Assembly: GCA_963758525.1 (NCBI GenBank)
Contig: CAVWVQ010000003.1
Location: 4,288,001 to 4,352,000 of the forward strand
DNA length: 64,000 nt
Reading direction: 5' to 3'
From: an uncultured Phycisphaerales bacterium
GTDB lineage: Bacteria > Planctomycetota > Phycisphaerae > Tepidisphaerales > Tepidisphaeraceae
Part shown: positions 20,856 through 29,272 of the stretch, in pieces
Layout: the number at the start of each line of letters is the position of its first letter
Numbering within the stretch: the stretch's first letter is position 1
Notes under the pieces: generated by a model
Database searches by the model: none
What the model saw: the letters and a program-made list of their open reading frames with translations, nothing else
What the model was told of the DNA's origin: nothing
Program-made: the position numbers and the translations under genes

Positions 20856-21893
20856 ATGAAATTCCGAAGGCAACCTGGACCTGCGTGTCTCGTGGCTGTA
20901 TTCATCGCGCTCATAATCATCTCAGGCTGCAAGAGCGAAGAAGAAAAGGCGCGAAAAGCAAGAGTCGTGCGCGAGGGGCGAGATTCGGCGTACGCTAAAG
21001 TCGTGGACCTGATAGAAAAGGGTGACCAAGCTGAGAGTGCCGGTGAACATCAATCCGCTATCGACAGCTACTTGTCCGCCGAGGACGCGGCGGAGGACCA
21101 AACGAGACAAAATGGTGATGCGAGATTTGCCGCTAAGTATGAAGAGGCTCGTCAGAAGTCTGACAAGGCACGTTCCGCCGACACAGCGGCGCTTGATAAA
21201 AAGCAAGAGCTTGAGCGTCTCCAGCAACTGCAATTTGCTCAGTCCGAACGGATCAAACGTGAGGCCAATGAAAGCCAAAGCGCGGACATTTTTACTGCCG
21301 CCCGCCAAGGCTATAGGGAACGCATTGAAGAACTGCTAATGGTCAGGCCAGAGTTGGTCAACGAGGAAGAGAACGGAGAAACACCTCTGTTCGAGGCGCA
21401 CACGAAAGAAACTGCCGAGCTGTTAATCAAACACGGCGCAAATGTCAAATTCGGTTCGGGTTTTAATAGAACGCCACTTCACGCGGCAGCCGAAAACGGC
21501 TGCGTTGACGTTGCAGAGGTTCTATTGCAACATGGTGCCGACGTAAATGCGCAATACGTCTACGGAACGCCTTTGCGCGCTGTGTTCCCCATCATGATTT
21601 GCGATTGGGCGCGACTGTCTCACGATGAACACGTGATATCGGACCAGCAACGTGCGATGTGCAGATTCCTTGTGGCTCACGGCGCTGATGTCAACGCCGA
21701 GTGTCGGTCGGAGACGTTGCTACATGAATTTGCATCAAGCAGCCGACCCCCTGAAGGATATGAAATCGATCTTGATTCTGTCCAATTCATCGTTTCGCTC
21801 GGGCCGTCGCCTTCCGTAATTGATGAGGCATATCGGCAAGCGGTGGTTGATGGAAATCAAGATATTGCCGACCTGCTTCGCGCGAAGAAGTAA
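20856..21893 (+). CDS. Ankyrin-repeat lipoprotein
   Basis: Lipobox ISGC; GETPLF, TPLHAAAENG..LLQHGADVNA repeats. Confidence 0.88.
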   Translation: MKFRRQPGPACLVAVFIALIIISGCKSEEEKARKARVVREGRDSAYAKVVDLIEKGDQAESAGEHQSAIDSYLSAEDAAEDQTRQNGDARFAAKYEEARQKSDKARSADTAALDKKQELERLQQLQFAQSERIKREANESQSADIFTAARQGYRERIEELLMVRPELVNEEENGETPLFEAHTKETAELLIKHGANVKFGSGFNRTPLHAAAENGCVDVAEVLLQHGADVNAQYVYGTPLRAVFPIMICDWARLSHDEHVISDQQRAMCRFLVAHGADVNAECRSETLLHEFASSSRPPEGYEIDLDSVQFIVSLGPSPSVIDEAYRQAVVDGNQDIADLLRAKK

Positions 21894-22467
21894 TTGCGGT
21901 ATCGTCCGACGGGTGGCGCTTTCGTCTTGCTGCGCCCGCATCATCCGCCCTCCCCTTGCGGCCGTGCCCCGTGGTTCCACGGCCACCTTTGGCCCACGGA
22001 CCCCGCGAGTCCAGTTGAGTCAAGAAACTCCTCAATCTTCAAAAAATGGTCAAAAAACGTGGAAAACGGCGGTCGGTCTTTCGGGGGAAAAAGTTGTAGA
22101 TATTTCGACTACCCCTTGGGGTCAACGGCGCTGGTGTGGTGAATGATCGGCGCGCGGTCCCTCGGATTTCCCTGGCTCGCGTCGCCCCCGAATTTGGGGA
22201 CACTTCACACAATGATTGCGAGTCGTCTTCTGGGGTCCGCGAAGCCAGTTCCCTTTTAGGATTTTCTACGGAAAAAATGCGCAAGATGGCGTGCGGTCGG
22301 TTGCGGTGTGTCATTTTCCTATTTCACCTCCCCCCTGGTGGTTGGATGCCACGCGGCGTTCTGTGCCTCGCCGGCGAAGCGGGTAGGTGTGGTGCCCGTC
22401 TACTGCGGTGGTGCAGTCGCGGCGGTGGGGACGACGTGGGAGCGAGTGAGGCAAGAACGGAATCGGC

Positions 22468-22577
22468 GAAACGAGCGTGAAACGGTGGTGAAAGCGGGTC
22501 GAAACCGGGGTGAATCGGGGGTGAAGCTCGGTCGAAACCGGGGTGAAGATGGGGCGAAATGGTGGTGGAAGTGGGGT
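22468..22577 (+). repeat. Ten degenerate 11-bp tandem repeats (consensus about GAAACCGGGGT)
   Basis: GAA recurs at exact 11-bp period from 22468 to 22556, with a tenth variant unit at 22567. Confidence 0.85.
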
Positions 22578-22722
22578 GCCTGTTTCCGCCATCCACCGAG
22601 AGAGTCACCAGCGTTCACTTGCGGGCGCGCGCAATTATGTCGTGCCGATGGATTCGGCCCGACAGGGGGCGGGTGATTTCATTCCTACTCCCCCTGTAGG
22701 AGCGAATGTTCGTAAACCCTTG

Positions 22723-25386
22723 TCAATACTCATTTCCCTTTCCCACCGTCCCCCCTCTTTTCTCAAAAACACCCCCGACGGTGGGAACCGTGGAGGCTAC
22801 TTTTTCATAACGGAGGGGCCTCAATTTATCATCAGCCATGTGAGTATGAACCCGCGAAATGCCCTGGGGGGCGAATTTCTCAAACCACTTCGCCGGCTCC
22901 CCATGATCGACTTTCTTACGATTGCGGCGGTGCTCAAAGTCTTTGTTATCCATCATCGGGAAGTGGGTGTTATTGTATCGCGCCTCATGCTCAGCGGCGG
23001 GGACATCATCTCCTCGGCGCAGGTGCCGTAGATTCTCATAGCCATTGCTATTTTGGATGATCTGGTACTTTCCCACCTTGAGAAGTCCCCCCTTTGAGTA
23101 CGTCATTGACTCGGGAAACACGTCGGACCCGTCGAGGATACGATCTAAGAGAGTGTAAGAGGGATGCGTTTTCCTATCCCGGTTCGTTTTCCCTTCCTTG
23201 CCCCGCAGGGCATACACTGGCCCCTCTGTTGATATATTCAGGGCGTAGTCTGATTTCGACCAATAGGCAGCGCTCGCGAATGAGTTCCTTGCTTTATGTT
23301 CCAATTGAAACTCCAGCTTCAACCCATAGGGTTTCCAGAAATCATCAACGTGCATCATCGCCAATTCATCGACATTGGACGGTGGGTTGAGGCAGTCACC
23401 CTCATCCCACGCCTGCCCCCTCATGCCCGTGTAGCCTCGTTGTTGATTCTTCGCATCCCTCCATTCCCATTGCCGGCTCAGGATGTCCAAGCCCGGCTTT
23501 TTTCCCCGCCAATAGCACACTTTGCCCGGAGTGTAGATGCCGCCATCGGTGATACATTGACGGAGTCCAAGCGCCTTGGCCAGCATCCATACCCCAACTC
23601 GGGCCTTGGCGGTTATCACATTGCCCATGATGGAATTGCCAACGGAGAAATAGCGGGAAGCAAAGTCACCGTAGAGCGTATTCACGATCAGCTTCAACAT
23701 CGAATCCAGCCCGGCATACCGCACTCGTTCATCCTCAGAGACCGTCTTATCCTTTCCACGGTGCTTGTACTCCCGGCGACGATCTACCAATCGACCGATG
23801 AACCCTTCCAGCGGCACCCCGTACCATGCTCGCGAGCGACTGTCCCACGAATCTCCATTCTTTCGCGTCCCATATGAACCGTTGTGCCTCAGAACATCCT
23901 CGGACCACTCTTTCACACCCGCACGCCGATCGGACTTGAGATAGGCTGCGGCGGTCACAATCTCAAGGTTTTTAATCCCCGCCCATTCGGAATTGGAGCA
24001 TACTGCTCTCAATACTTTGAGAACGTCGGACGTGATGACGCCGTTCTCTATCTGCTTTCGAAGCATTACAAAATCACTGTTCACGTCGGATTCATCGTCA
24101 ACGGCAACGTTGCGGATGATGTCGCCAACCTTGGCCAGTTTGGAAAAGATCAAGTCTTGCTGATACTCCAACAGGCCCGATACGGTCGCACACCAGAAGC
24201 CGTCAATCAATTCATCCTGAAAACGGTCGAGCCACTTTCCGAAAGTTATCGGTTCATCATTCGGCGATCTGCTGAATGAATACGGTAGTCCTACCGGATA
24301 GATCAAGCCCCGCAGACTGGAACCATAGCATCCGGCAATATCAACATCCAAGCCTGGCCCCGCCCTGTATTCAAATGGGTTCTCATTCAAGCATCGCCCA
24401 CCTTGAACAAGTGCGTTGTAAACGCGCGACTCTGTAGACGGGCGTGATCTCCACCAGCGTATACCTGAGCCGTCAAGAGCGGTGAACATGAATCGTGCGT
24501 CGTCCATGAACCAGTTGAAGTCTTCGCCAACGTCACTGAGCGATTCCATCGTCTTGTACCTCTTTGTGGCACTGATGAAGGCCCATTGATCCTTCTTGTG
24601 TGCGCGCGCGTCGGGGTCGAGTATGCCCAGTTTGCGCACGCAGAACTTCATGGCCACTTCATCCGGTCCAGCCTGTGAGTAAAGCCATCGCTCGAAAGTC
24701 TTGGCCACCAACGATCCCACGGTCATCGGGATGTCATCTTCGGTCCACACTGTCTCGCCCATTCCAAGGCATTCACGTTGAACCGTATTGAAGAGAGAGA
24801 TAAATTCACGATGAACCTGGAGGAGCACGCGGGCATCGTCAATCGCGTATCTCAGCCATTCCTCGGGGGATTCCATCAGCCCAGTCCACATACAGGATTT
24901 GTATTTGTCCATGCTGCTCTTGTTCACCATTGGAATGCCAAGGGCTTCGGCGAATTTCACCAGTTTCGTTTTTCCGGCCCATCCAACGATGTCCTTCAAG
25001 TGAACACAATCGACGTTCCCGGAAAGATTGTTTCGTTGGCGGATGTCGCCGGCCTCGATAGCGGCTTTCCATCTCTCCCATCCGATGGCATATTCAACGT
25101 CTTTCGGTGTGAAGAACATTAGTAGACGGCACGGCCCTTCCCAATAGCGACCCAGCAGATTCGTAGTGTCATCGCGACTAGTATAGATGAGAGTGGCATC
25201 ATTTTCGTGTGCGGTCATGTTCAGGCGTGCCCGTATATATTCTGGAACATCATCCCGCATGAATACGGTGGTGCCATGTTCTGCGGATGCGAACGCCGTG
25301 CTTATCCATGGATCGGATAAGGATGTATCCCATTCGCTATCGGTGGCGATAAACGGCCCCTTCGATTTCCTCTTCTTCTTTACCAT
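22723..25386 (-). CDS. Family B DNA polymerase with 3'-5' exonuclease, piPolB-like
   Basis: ExoI DSE, ExoIII YAIDD, GGRC, motif A DIAGCYG, motif B KLIVNTLYG, ITAKAR, motif C ITDG. Confidence 0.88.
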   Translation of the reverse strand: MVKKKRKSKGPFIATDSEWDTSLSDPWISTAFASAEHGTTVFMRDDVPEYIRARLNMTAHENDATLIYTSRDDTTNLLGRYWEGPCRLLMFFTPKDVEYAIGWERWKAAIEAGDIRQRNNLSGNVDCVHLKDIVGWAGKTKLVKFAEALGIPMVNKSSMDKYKSCMWTGLMESPEEWLRYAIDDARVLLQVHREFISLFNTVQRECLGMGETVWTEDDIPMTVGSLVAKTFERWLYSQAGPDEVAMKFCVRKLGILDPDARAHKKDQWAFISATKRYKTMESLSDVGEDFNWFMDDARFMFTALDGSGIRWWRSRPSTESRVYNALVQGGRCLNENPFEYRAGPGLDVDIAGCYGSSLRGLIYPVGLPYSFSRSPNDEPITFGKWLDRFQDELIDGFWCATVSGLLEYQQDLIFSKLAKVGDIIRNVAVDDESDVNSDFVMLRKQIENGVITSDVLKVLRAVCSNSEWAGIKNLEIVTAAAYLKSDRRAGVKEWSEDVLRHNGSYGTRKNGDSWDSRSRAWYGVPLEGFIGRLVDRRREYKHRGKDKTVSEDERVRYAGLDSMLKLIVNTLYGDFASRYFSVGNSIMGNVITAKARVGVWMLAKALGLRQCITDGGIYTPGKVCYWRGKKPGLDILSRQWEWRDAKNQQRGYTGMRGQAWDEGDCLNPPSNVDELAMMHVDDFWKPYGLKLEFQLEHKARNSFASAAYWSKSDYALNISTEGPVYALRGKEGKTNRDRKTHPSYTLLDRILDGSDVFPESMTYSKGGLLKVGKYQIIQNSNGYENLRHLRRGDDVPAAEHEARYNNTHFPMMDNKDFEHRRNRKKVDHGEPAKWFEKFAPQGISRVHTHMADDKLRPLRYEKVASTVPTVGGVFEKRGGTVGKGNEY

Positions 25387-25415
25387 AACGAATCCCCCTG
25401 GTACTTTGCACAATA

Positions 25416-25448
25416 GAAAAACCCAGCGGGTAGACCGTTGGGTTCTTC
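25416..25448 (-). terminator. Terminator-like hairpin 30 nt upstream of the polB start
   Basis: Minus strand GAAGAACCCAACGG-TCTAC-CCGCTGGGTTTTTC. Confidence 0.6.
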
Positions 25449-25676
25449 AATAGCTGGGATTCGTTCGGCGATGTGCCTATGTATTATTATCGTCCAATAG
25501 AGAATCTTCCTGTACGTCCCAGCTATGGTTCGTCAACGGGTCGTCCCGATAATATGTAATCGTCACTTTATGAAAACGTCAATAGCAATGTCATAAAGAT
25601 TAACGTTGTCAAGACATAGTTTCAGTATGCCGCCATGAAAGGCAAAACCCCGCTGGAGGTCGCGGGGGGTGTGGGG

Positions 25677-26042
25677 TCATTTTGTTATTATGTTTTCGGG
25701 GGCGTCCGACTGCTCGGGGAAAAACCTGGTTAGTTGCCGCGCCGACTTTAGAAAAGCTTCCTCGTTGTCGTAAGCGTTGCAAAGGAATATGTATTCAGCG
25801 GGCGGATTGGCTACTAACTTGAATCCGTTGTTTTGCAAAAGCAGCCGGATATGGGGGTTGTCCGCCTTTACCAGCAGAGAGACCATCCAGTACAAGGTCG
25901 GCTTATTGGCGTAGACCGGAAAGGTTATGCGGTATTTCCTTTGTTCGGTCAGCGCATCCGCAGACATTTCAAGCAACTGCTCCAAAAATGCTGGCTCGAT
26001 ACGAGAAGCCAGCCCGTTAAGTATGCGTTCGACAGTTTTCAT
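25677..26042 (-). CDS. Hypothetical protein
   Basis: 121-aa ORF between integrase and polB, followed by a GC hairpin and T4. Confidence 0.6.
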   Translation of the reverse strand: MKTVERILNGLASRIEPAFLEQLLEMSADALTEQRKYRITFPVYANKPTLYWMVSLLVKADNPHIRLLLQNNGFKLVANPPAEYIFLCNAYDNEEAFLKSARQLTRFFPEQSDAPENIITK

Positions 26043-26146
26043 AAACTGTGTGCAGGGGTATTTTGGTCAGTGAGAACCGATTCCCCTATACGTGCGACTC
26101 AAGGGCAGGGAAACCACTTACCGCCTTCCCTCCTGTTGGTGCAACG

Positions 26147-26180
26147 AAAAGGCACGTATGCCATTTTGGCATACGTGCCT
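26147..26180 (-). terminator. Perfect 14-bp hairpin downstream of the integrase
   Basis: AGGCACGTATGCCA-TTT-TGGCATACGTGCCT with a short T-tract on the minus strand. Confidence 0.65.
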
Positions 26181-26207
26181 ATATGGAGTGATGATCTGGC
26201 CAGCGGA

Positions 26208-27581
26208 TCACGCGGCGCTGCTCGTGGCGGCGGTGGCGGCGCTCGGGAAGTAATGACGATGCACGGCGTCACAAGCGGGGCGGACGATCTCGGGGTTTCT
26301 CAGAACGTAGTGGTCCTGCATCCCGCAAGCGTGCCCGGCAAGAATCTTCGGAAGTCGGGCGTCGGTGGTCCCCTGGCAAGCGGCGGTGTACGCTCCATCG
26401 CGCAGGTGACTGAATGAAACTTCAGGGCATCCTGCGGCCTTGGCCAGCTCGTGGAAACTCGCGGCCCTGGTGGTGGCGGAAGCGTAGCGTGTGCCATTCC
26501 TGCTGGCGAAAAGGTACTTCTCGTTGGGGCGCAGGGCACGGATGGCGGTGGTGGTCTCGGGCCATAACGTCGCGGCCCTGGGGATACGCTTGCGCTCCGT
26601 CTTCGCTCGGATCATCGCCAGTGCGCCGGCCTCAAGGTTCACGGTTTTGCGGGGCAACGGGCACAGCTCGCCCAGCGTCATGGCGGTATTCAAGCCGAAA
26701 AGAATCCACGCCCGCCACTCTGCTGATGCCACGCTCAGAATCCTGTGAAGGTTTTCTCGGCTGATAGGTTTCGGATCGACGGCGGGGGCGGCCTGTTCGG
26801 TCCAGAGAAGTTTCAAGCGGTCCAGCGTCGTGGTTATCTCCGTGGCGTTACTGGTGGGGTCTTTCTTCCCGAACGAAATCACGGCTTTGATCTTGGAGTA
26901 CATGAAAATCTTCGTGCCCGCGCTGGTGTATTTCGGATCGGACTCGACGGCGGTTCTGTAGGTATGAATCACTTCGTTAGTGAGGTCCGCCAACGTCTTC
27001 GCGCCCGTCATCGCGATGAAGCCGCTGAACACCCGCGTCGCTGCCGATTTATCTTTCGACGGGTTGGCGGTCTGATAGAATTTCAGGATCGCGGCCAGCT
27101 TGATCGACGGGCCGGCGGGGGCGAAATCCTTGTAGCGGGCAATCTCGGGTAGTCCAGTCATCCTGGCGACGTACTCGGGGCGTGTCAGAAGCATTTCGCG
27201 GACGTGATGCCACAAGGTCCACTCGTCCACCCGCTGGCCTACTTGAACCGGGCGCTCCTCGTTGGGTTGGATCGTAATCTCTTGCAGCGCGGTTCCAGCC
27301 TGCACGGCTTGGGTGAAGTCGTCGATTGCGCGGAGGGTGGGGGCGTATCCGTTAGCCTCGGCAACGGGGCGTCTGATGGTGATGATGTTCCCGGTGGGGG
27401 CGTGGTCCCGTTCCCATTCACGGAAGCGGTTCACGGCACGGCGTTCATCGGTCTCCGAGAATCGGAAGCCAGTGGCCACGATGCGCCAGCGGCCATCGTG
27501 TGACTGTTTGGCGAGTCCTGGTATGATTTCGCCCCATGTTGTCTGATACGGTTTCTGCTTGCGTCCGGTCTTCATGTTCAT
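26208..27581 (-). CDS. Tyrosine recombinase / integrase
   Basis: C-terminal RAKT, FSHLRD, ILAGH, MQDHY; adjacent to the att site. Confidence 0.88.
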   Translation of the reverse strand: MNMKTGRKQKPYQTTWGEIIPGLAKQSHDGRWRIVATGFRFSETDERRAVNRFREWERDHAPTGNIITIRRPVAEANGYAPTLRAIDDFTQAVQAGTALQEITIQPNEERPVQVGQRVDEWTLWHHVREMLLTRPEYVARMTGLPEIARYKDFAPAGPSIKLAAILKFYQTANPSKDKSAATRVFSGFIAMTGAKTLADLTNEVIHTYRTAVESDPKYTSAGTKIFMYSKIKAVISFGKKDPTSNATEITTTLDRLKLLWTEQAAPAVDPKPISRENLHRILSVASAEWRAWILFGLNTAMTLGELCPLPRKTVNLEAGALAMIRAKTERKRIPRAATLWPETTTAIRALRPNEKYLFASRNGTRYASATTRAASFHELAKAAGCPEVSFSHLRDGAYTAACQGTTDARLPKILAGHACGMQDHYVLRNPEIVRPACDAVHRHYFPSAATAATSSAA

Positions 27582-27727
27582 GCCTCGGCGGTAAGCGGGT
27601 CAACGGATCGGCCTTACACGCGGGGCATTATCAGGGCACTTCGGTTTTTGCTGGTTTTGCTTGGCAAAAACCTTGGCAAAAACTCAAAAACACCGTTCAT
27701 AAGTCGTTATTTGACAAGGGGCGCAAT

Positions 27728-27749
27728 AAAAAAGCCGCTCTGGGCAAGA
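27728..27749. repeat. att core, right junction (inside an intact terminator)
   Basis: Identical 22-mer; here it completes the hairpin AAGCCGCTC-TGGGCAA-GAGCGGCTT. Confidence 0.92.
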
Positions 27750-27876
27750 GCGGCTTCGAATGGGGCTGTTGAAGAGTTCTTCGGGTTGTGGGAGGAAAAA
27801 CTCTTCACATCGGGGGGAAGAATGGGCAAATTGTAAAAGTGTCCAAATACCTGCTTCGAAGCAGTCAGTCGGACGA
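27728..27876 (-). ncRNA. Putative ~150-nt small RNA (integration target)
   Basis: No convincing ORF; two stem-loops plus intrinsic terminator; -24/-12-like promoter upstream. Confidence 0.6.
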
Positions 27877-27886
27877 GAAACTATTC

Positions 27887-27902
27887 AACAACGCTTGTGC
27901 CA
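27887..27902 (-). promoter_or_regulatory. Sigma54-like promoter
   Basis: TGGCACAAGCGTTGT versus consensus TGGCAC-N5-TTGC; palindrome TGTCGC-N8-GCGACA at 28043..28062 as candidate enhancer site. Confidence 0.55.
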
Positions 27903-28168
27903 TCATTGTGCCTGAGGCTTCGATCTGCGGTGGCACCGGATATAAAAACTTACCGCCCAATTATTTATGTGAATTCGCATCGCAGCTAAGATTCTGTCAC
28001 CCCCAGCAAGTGCCACAAACCGCCACGACACGATGGCTGGAATGTCGCAGTGAAACGCGACAGCGTCGTTCGGCGGGCCCATGTTTAGCGGCGACAGCGT
28101 GATAACTGGTCGGACGAGCCGCGATCTGCTATGTTTTTCGGTAGTCCTCCCACTCATTCCACGCTGAG

Positions 28169-29086
28169 GTGATCGTGCGCGTACTTGTGACCGGCGGAGC
28201 GGGGTTTGTCGGCTCTAACATTGCCAAGCGGTGCGTCGCCGACGGATACGCGGTGACTGTTCTCGATGACTTTTCGTCCGGTGAATGGCGGAACCTCATT
28301 GAGTTCCAGGGGGATGTCCTGACCCTCGATCTGGCTGGGAATGTCGGCGCGCTCGCCTCGGCCCAGCCGTTCCAATTGATCTTTCATCAGGCGTCGATCA
28401 CCGACACCACGGTGATGGATCAGCGCAGGATGATGCACAACAATTTGGAAGGGTTTCGCCAACTCCTTGACCTGGCGGTGAAATGGCAGAGCCGCGTCGT
28501 CTGGGCGAGCAGCGCAGCCACCTATGGCAGGGGGGCATCGCCCAACCGGGAGTCGCAGCCGCCCGCTCCGCTGAATGTCTACGGCTTCTCGAAGTTGGCA
28601 ATGGAGCGCTTGTCGCAGCACTACGAGACACGGCTCAAGCACCCGATCGTTGGCCTGCGGTACTTCAACGTGTATGGGGCCGGCGAAGCCCACAAGGGCA
28701 AATTCGCGAGCATGATCCATCAACTGGCCAAGCAGATGCGCGCTGGCAAGCGGCCGAGAATTTTCACCGATGGGGAGCAGAAGCGAGACTTCGTGTACAT
28801 CGACGATGTCATCCACGCCAACCTCGCCGCCGCACAAACCAATGATAGCGGCATCTACAACATCGGGAGCGGCGCGGCCGCGAGTTTCAATGAGGTAGTG
28901 AAGGAATTGAATCGCGTGTTGAACACTGACTTGCCGCCGGAATACTTTCCCAATCCATACGACTTCTTTCAAACCTGGACGGAAGCCGAGCTGAGCCACG
29001 CACGCGAAGGGCTTTGTTACGATCCGAAGTTCGACCTCACAAAGGGGATCGATGCGTACCATGCATCCGGAGCGCTGGGGATCTAA
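28169..29086 (+). CDS. hldD: ADP-L-glycero-D-manno-heptose 6-epimerase
   Basis: GGAGFVGSN, ASSAATYG, PLNVYGFSK, LRYFNVYG.GE.HKG..ASM. Confidence 0.88.
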   Translation: MIVRVLVTGGAGFVGSNIAKRCVADGYAVTVLDDFSSGEWRNLIEFQGDVLTLDLAGNVGALASAQPFQLIFHQASITDTTVMDQRRMMHNNLEGFRQLLDLAVKWQSRVVWASSAATYGRGASPNRESQPPAPLNVYGFSKLAMERLSQHYETRLKHPIVGLRYFNVYGAGEAHKGKFASMIHQLAKQMRAGKRPRIFTDGEQKRDFVYIDDVIHANLAAAQTNDSGIYNIGSGAAASFNEVVKELNRVLNTDLPPEYFPNPYDFFQTWTEAELSHAREGLCYDPKFDLTKGIDAYHASGALGI

Positions 29087-29272
29087 GGCGATGAAGACGG
29101 GGTCTTCATTGGCAGCACGAAAAGTGGGGCCCCGGAAAAGCAGCACACCCACGTCGGCATCGTGCCGGTGAAAATCAGCGCCCGCTCTAAAGCGGTGTCT
29201 GCAACGCACGTTTCACAATTTACACTTCACCAGCTTGAGTTAGGATGATGTTAGGAATATCCTTCGGACGTC

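Larger units (their letters stand above)
16928..27749. mobile_element. Integrated pipolin-like element (10,800 bp) with PolB and tyrosine integrase
   Basis: 22-bp direct repeat at both ends, integrase next to the right repeat, PolB gene, visibly lower GC than the flanks. Confidence 0.9.

Noticed and set aside
16928..27749. Prophage, casposon or Polinton-like element
   Set aside because: No structural genes, no Cas1 or DDE integrase and no terminal inverted repeats; boundaries are direct att repeats with a tyrosine integrase.
27728..27900. tRNA gene as attB
   Set aside because: No cloverleaf or acceptor/CCA end; the TTCGAA motifs sit in other hairpins or next to the terminator.
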